Shown here: one piece after another, positions 63,054 to 64,000 of the stretch
Layout of the letters: each line of letters opens with the position of its first letter
How positions within the stretch are numbered: position 1 is the first letter of the stretch
From: Lepidodermella squamata
Lineage: Eukaryota > Animalia > Gastrotricha
Assembly: GCA_047495785.1 (NCBI GenBank)
Contig: JBLDXI010000045.1
Coordinates: 806,001-870,000 of the forward strand
Direction of reading: 5' to 3'
DNA length: 64,000 nt
Translations under genes and position numbers: made by a program
Notes under the pieces: generated by a model
Seen by the model: the letters and a program-made list of their open reading frames with translations, nothing else
Told to the model about the DNA's origin: nothing
Database searches by the model: none

Positions 63054-64000
63054 TTATTGATAATTTTTCAGCGCTTTTAGGTGATCGCGTAGTTGTTCAG
63101 TAGCTCGCGGCCGCCATTCCGGATTTCGCAAGATGATTCGCCGAAAATGCGGCAACTGTTCCGAAAAGGCGGCGGCAACCAACGCGCCCGAAATCGACCC
63201 GATTCGCATCATCAACTCGTAATCTTTGATATTTTGACGACCAGCCGCTAGTTTAGACACCTTCCCTAGCGCCGTAGTAGCGCCCATTATCTCGCCGAAA
63301 AGTTGGCTCACTTCTTCATTCGTGATTTTCGCCTCGTCAAAAACTTGTTGAATCGGCACGAGGATAGGATCCCCAGCAATCAGAGAGTGAAAACTCAACA
63401 GCAAATTGACGAGTTCATGCGGGTCAAACTCGCTGAAATGCATCAATCGCCGCATTACGAAGGCCGCGAATTTTTTCAAGGGACCAGCAAACTTCTTCGA
63501 CCAGCGAAGTCGCGTTTCAGGGTTAGCACTCCGCAATAAGGCAGCCAGGCAGCGAGGGTTACTCTTCTCCTTATCAAAGCAAAACTGGGCGAAATCATCG
63601 GAAGAAACTGTATCTAGAAAAACGATTCGCGAAAATTCCCCATTTTTCGCTGCTAAAATCATGTGAGCGATAAAATCGGCGATTTTCGACGAAAATCCGA
63701 TTTGCAACACGCAATGGTACCCAGAATAGGCCGCAGCGTATTTCGACATTAATTCAACAGCTTTCGGCAGGTAGCGGACGATTCTCGAAGCGAATTCCTC
63801 GCAATTTGCCAATTTTTTGATTAAACCTGGTTCTTCCAAGCAAACTCCGACCTGAATTACGGAATGCATAATACTTTGCATTATGTCGGCATTTCCGTCT
63901 TTCATCAACCGGTCGCCAAACGGGACGGTGAATTCCATGCGAACTGCGTTGCAAACATGGTACGAGACGTGTTGGATCATAAATTCGAACGTGAAGAAAA
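63054..64000 (-). CDS. Tandem paralogue of the 755-aa protein (C-terminal part; 5' end outside the window)
   Basis: Colinear motifs HVCN.VR.EFTVPFG.RLMKDG, RWS..FAGPLK.FAAF..RRLM, ALGKVSK, PHFRR. Confidence 0.85.
   Translation of the reverse strand, partial: FFTFEFMIQHVSYHVCNAVRMEFTVPFGDRLMKDGNADIMQSIMHSVIQVGVCLEEPGLIKKLANCEEFASRIVRYLPKAVELMSKYAAAYSGYHCVLQIGFSSKIADFIAHMILAAKNGEFSRIVFLDTVSSDDFAQFCFDKEKSNPRCLAALLRSANPETRLRWSKKFAGPLKKFAAFVMRRLMHFSEFDPHELVNLLLSFHSLIAGDPILVPIQQVFDEAKITNEEVSQLFGEIMGATTALGKVSKLAAGRQNIKDYELMMRIGSISGALVAAAFSEQLPHFRRIILRNPEWRPRATEQLRDHLKALKNYQ

Noticed and set aside
1-64000. Genome-wide non-canonical splicing or an alternative genetic code
   Set aside because: All reconstructed introns are GT-AG except one GC-AG, and conserved motifs translate correctly with the standard code.

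Overview
This is eukaryotic, almost certainly invertebrate animal, genomic DNA. It is gene-dense and most introns are short (about 50-60 nt), nearly all GT-AG. The six-frame ORFs are therefore mostly exon fragments, and I spliced the gene models by hand. Left to right: (1) a minus-strand spectrin-repeat-like rod protein with several candidate alternative first exons spread over 9 kb upstream; (2) six GT10 alpha-1,3/4-fucosyltransferase paralogues plus a relic seventh promoter/first exon; (3) a DEG/ENaC subunit; (4) a signal-peptide-bearing fusion of a degenerate trypsin domain and 8 ankyrin repeats; (5) a PLXDC-like gene; (6) a 4-Kunitz inhibitor; (7) an orphan cation-type Cys-loop receptor; (8) a tandem duplication carrying identical tRNA-Met(CAT) genes and Sushi/mucin-stalk genes; (9) an intronless protist/bacterial-type formimidoylglutamase; (10) an AADAC/HSL-family esterase; (11) a GPI-type Ly6/three-finger protein with a Trp/Pro-rich WxxW insertion; (12) two intronless TPR-like paralogues. 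Mobile DNA comprises three TA-flanked Tc1/mariner/pogo-type non-autonomous elements, one small TAAT-flanked element and two LINE remnants. The most unusual items are the trypsin-ankyrin fusion, the WxxW-array Ly6 protein, the possible horizontally acquired formimidoylglutamase and the apparent set of lipid-anchor N-terminal exons. All family calls come from motif recognition; no database searches were run.
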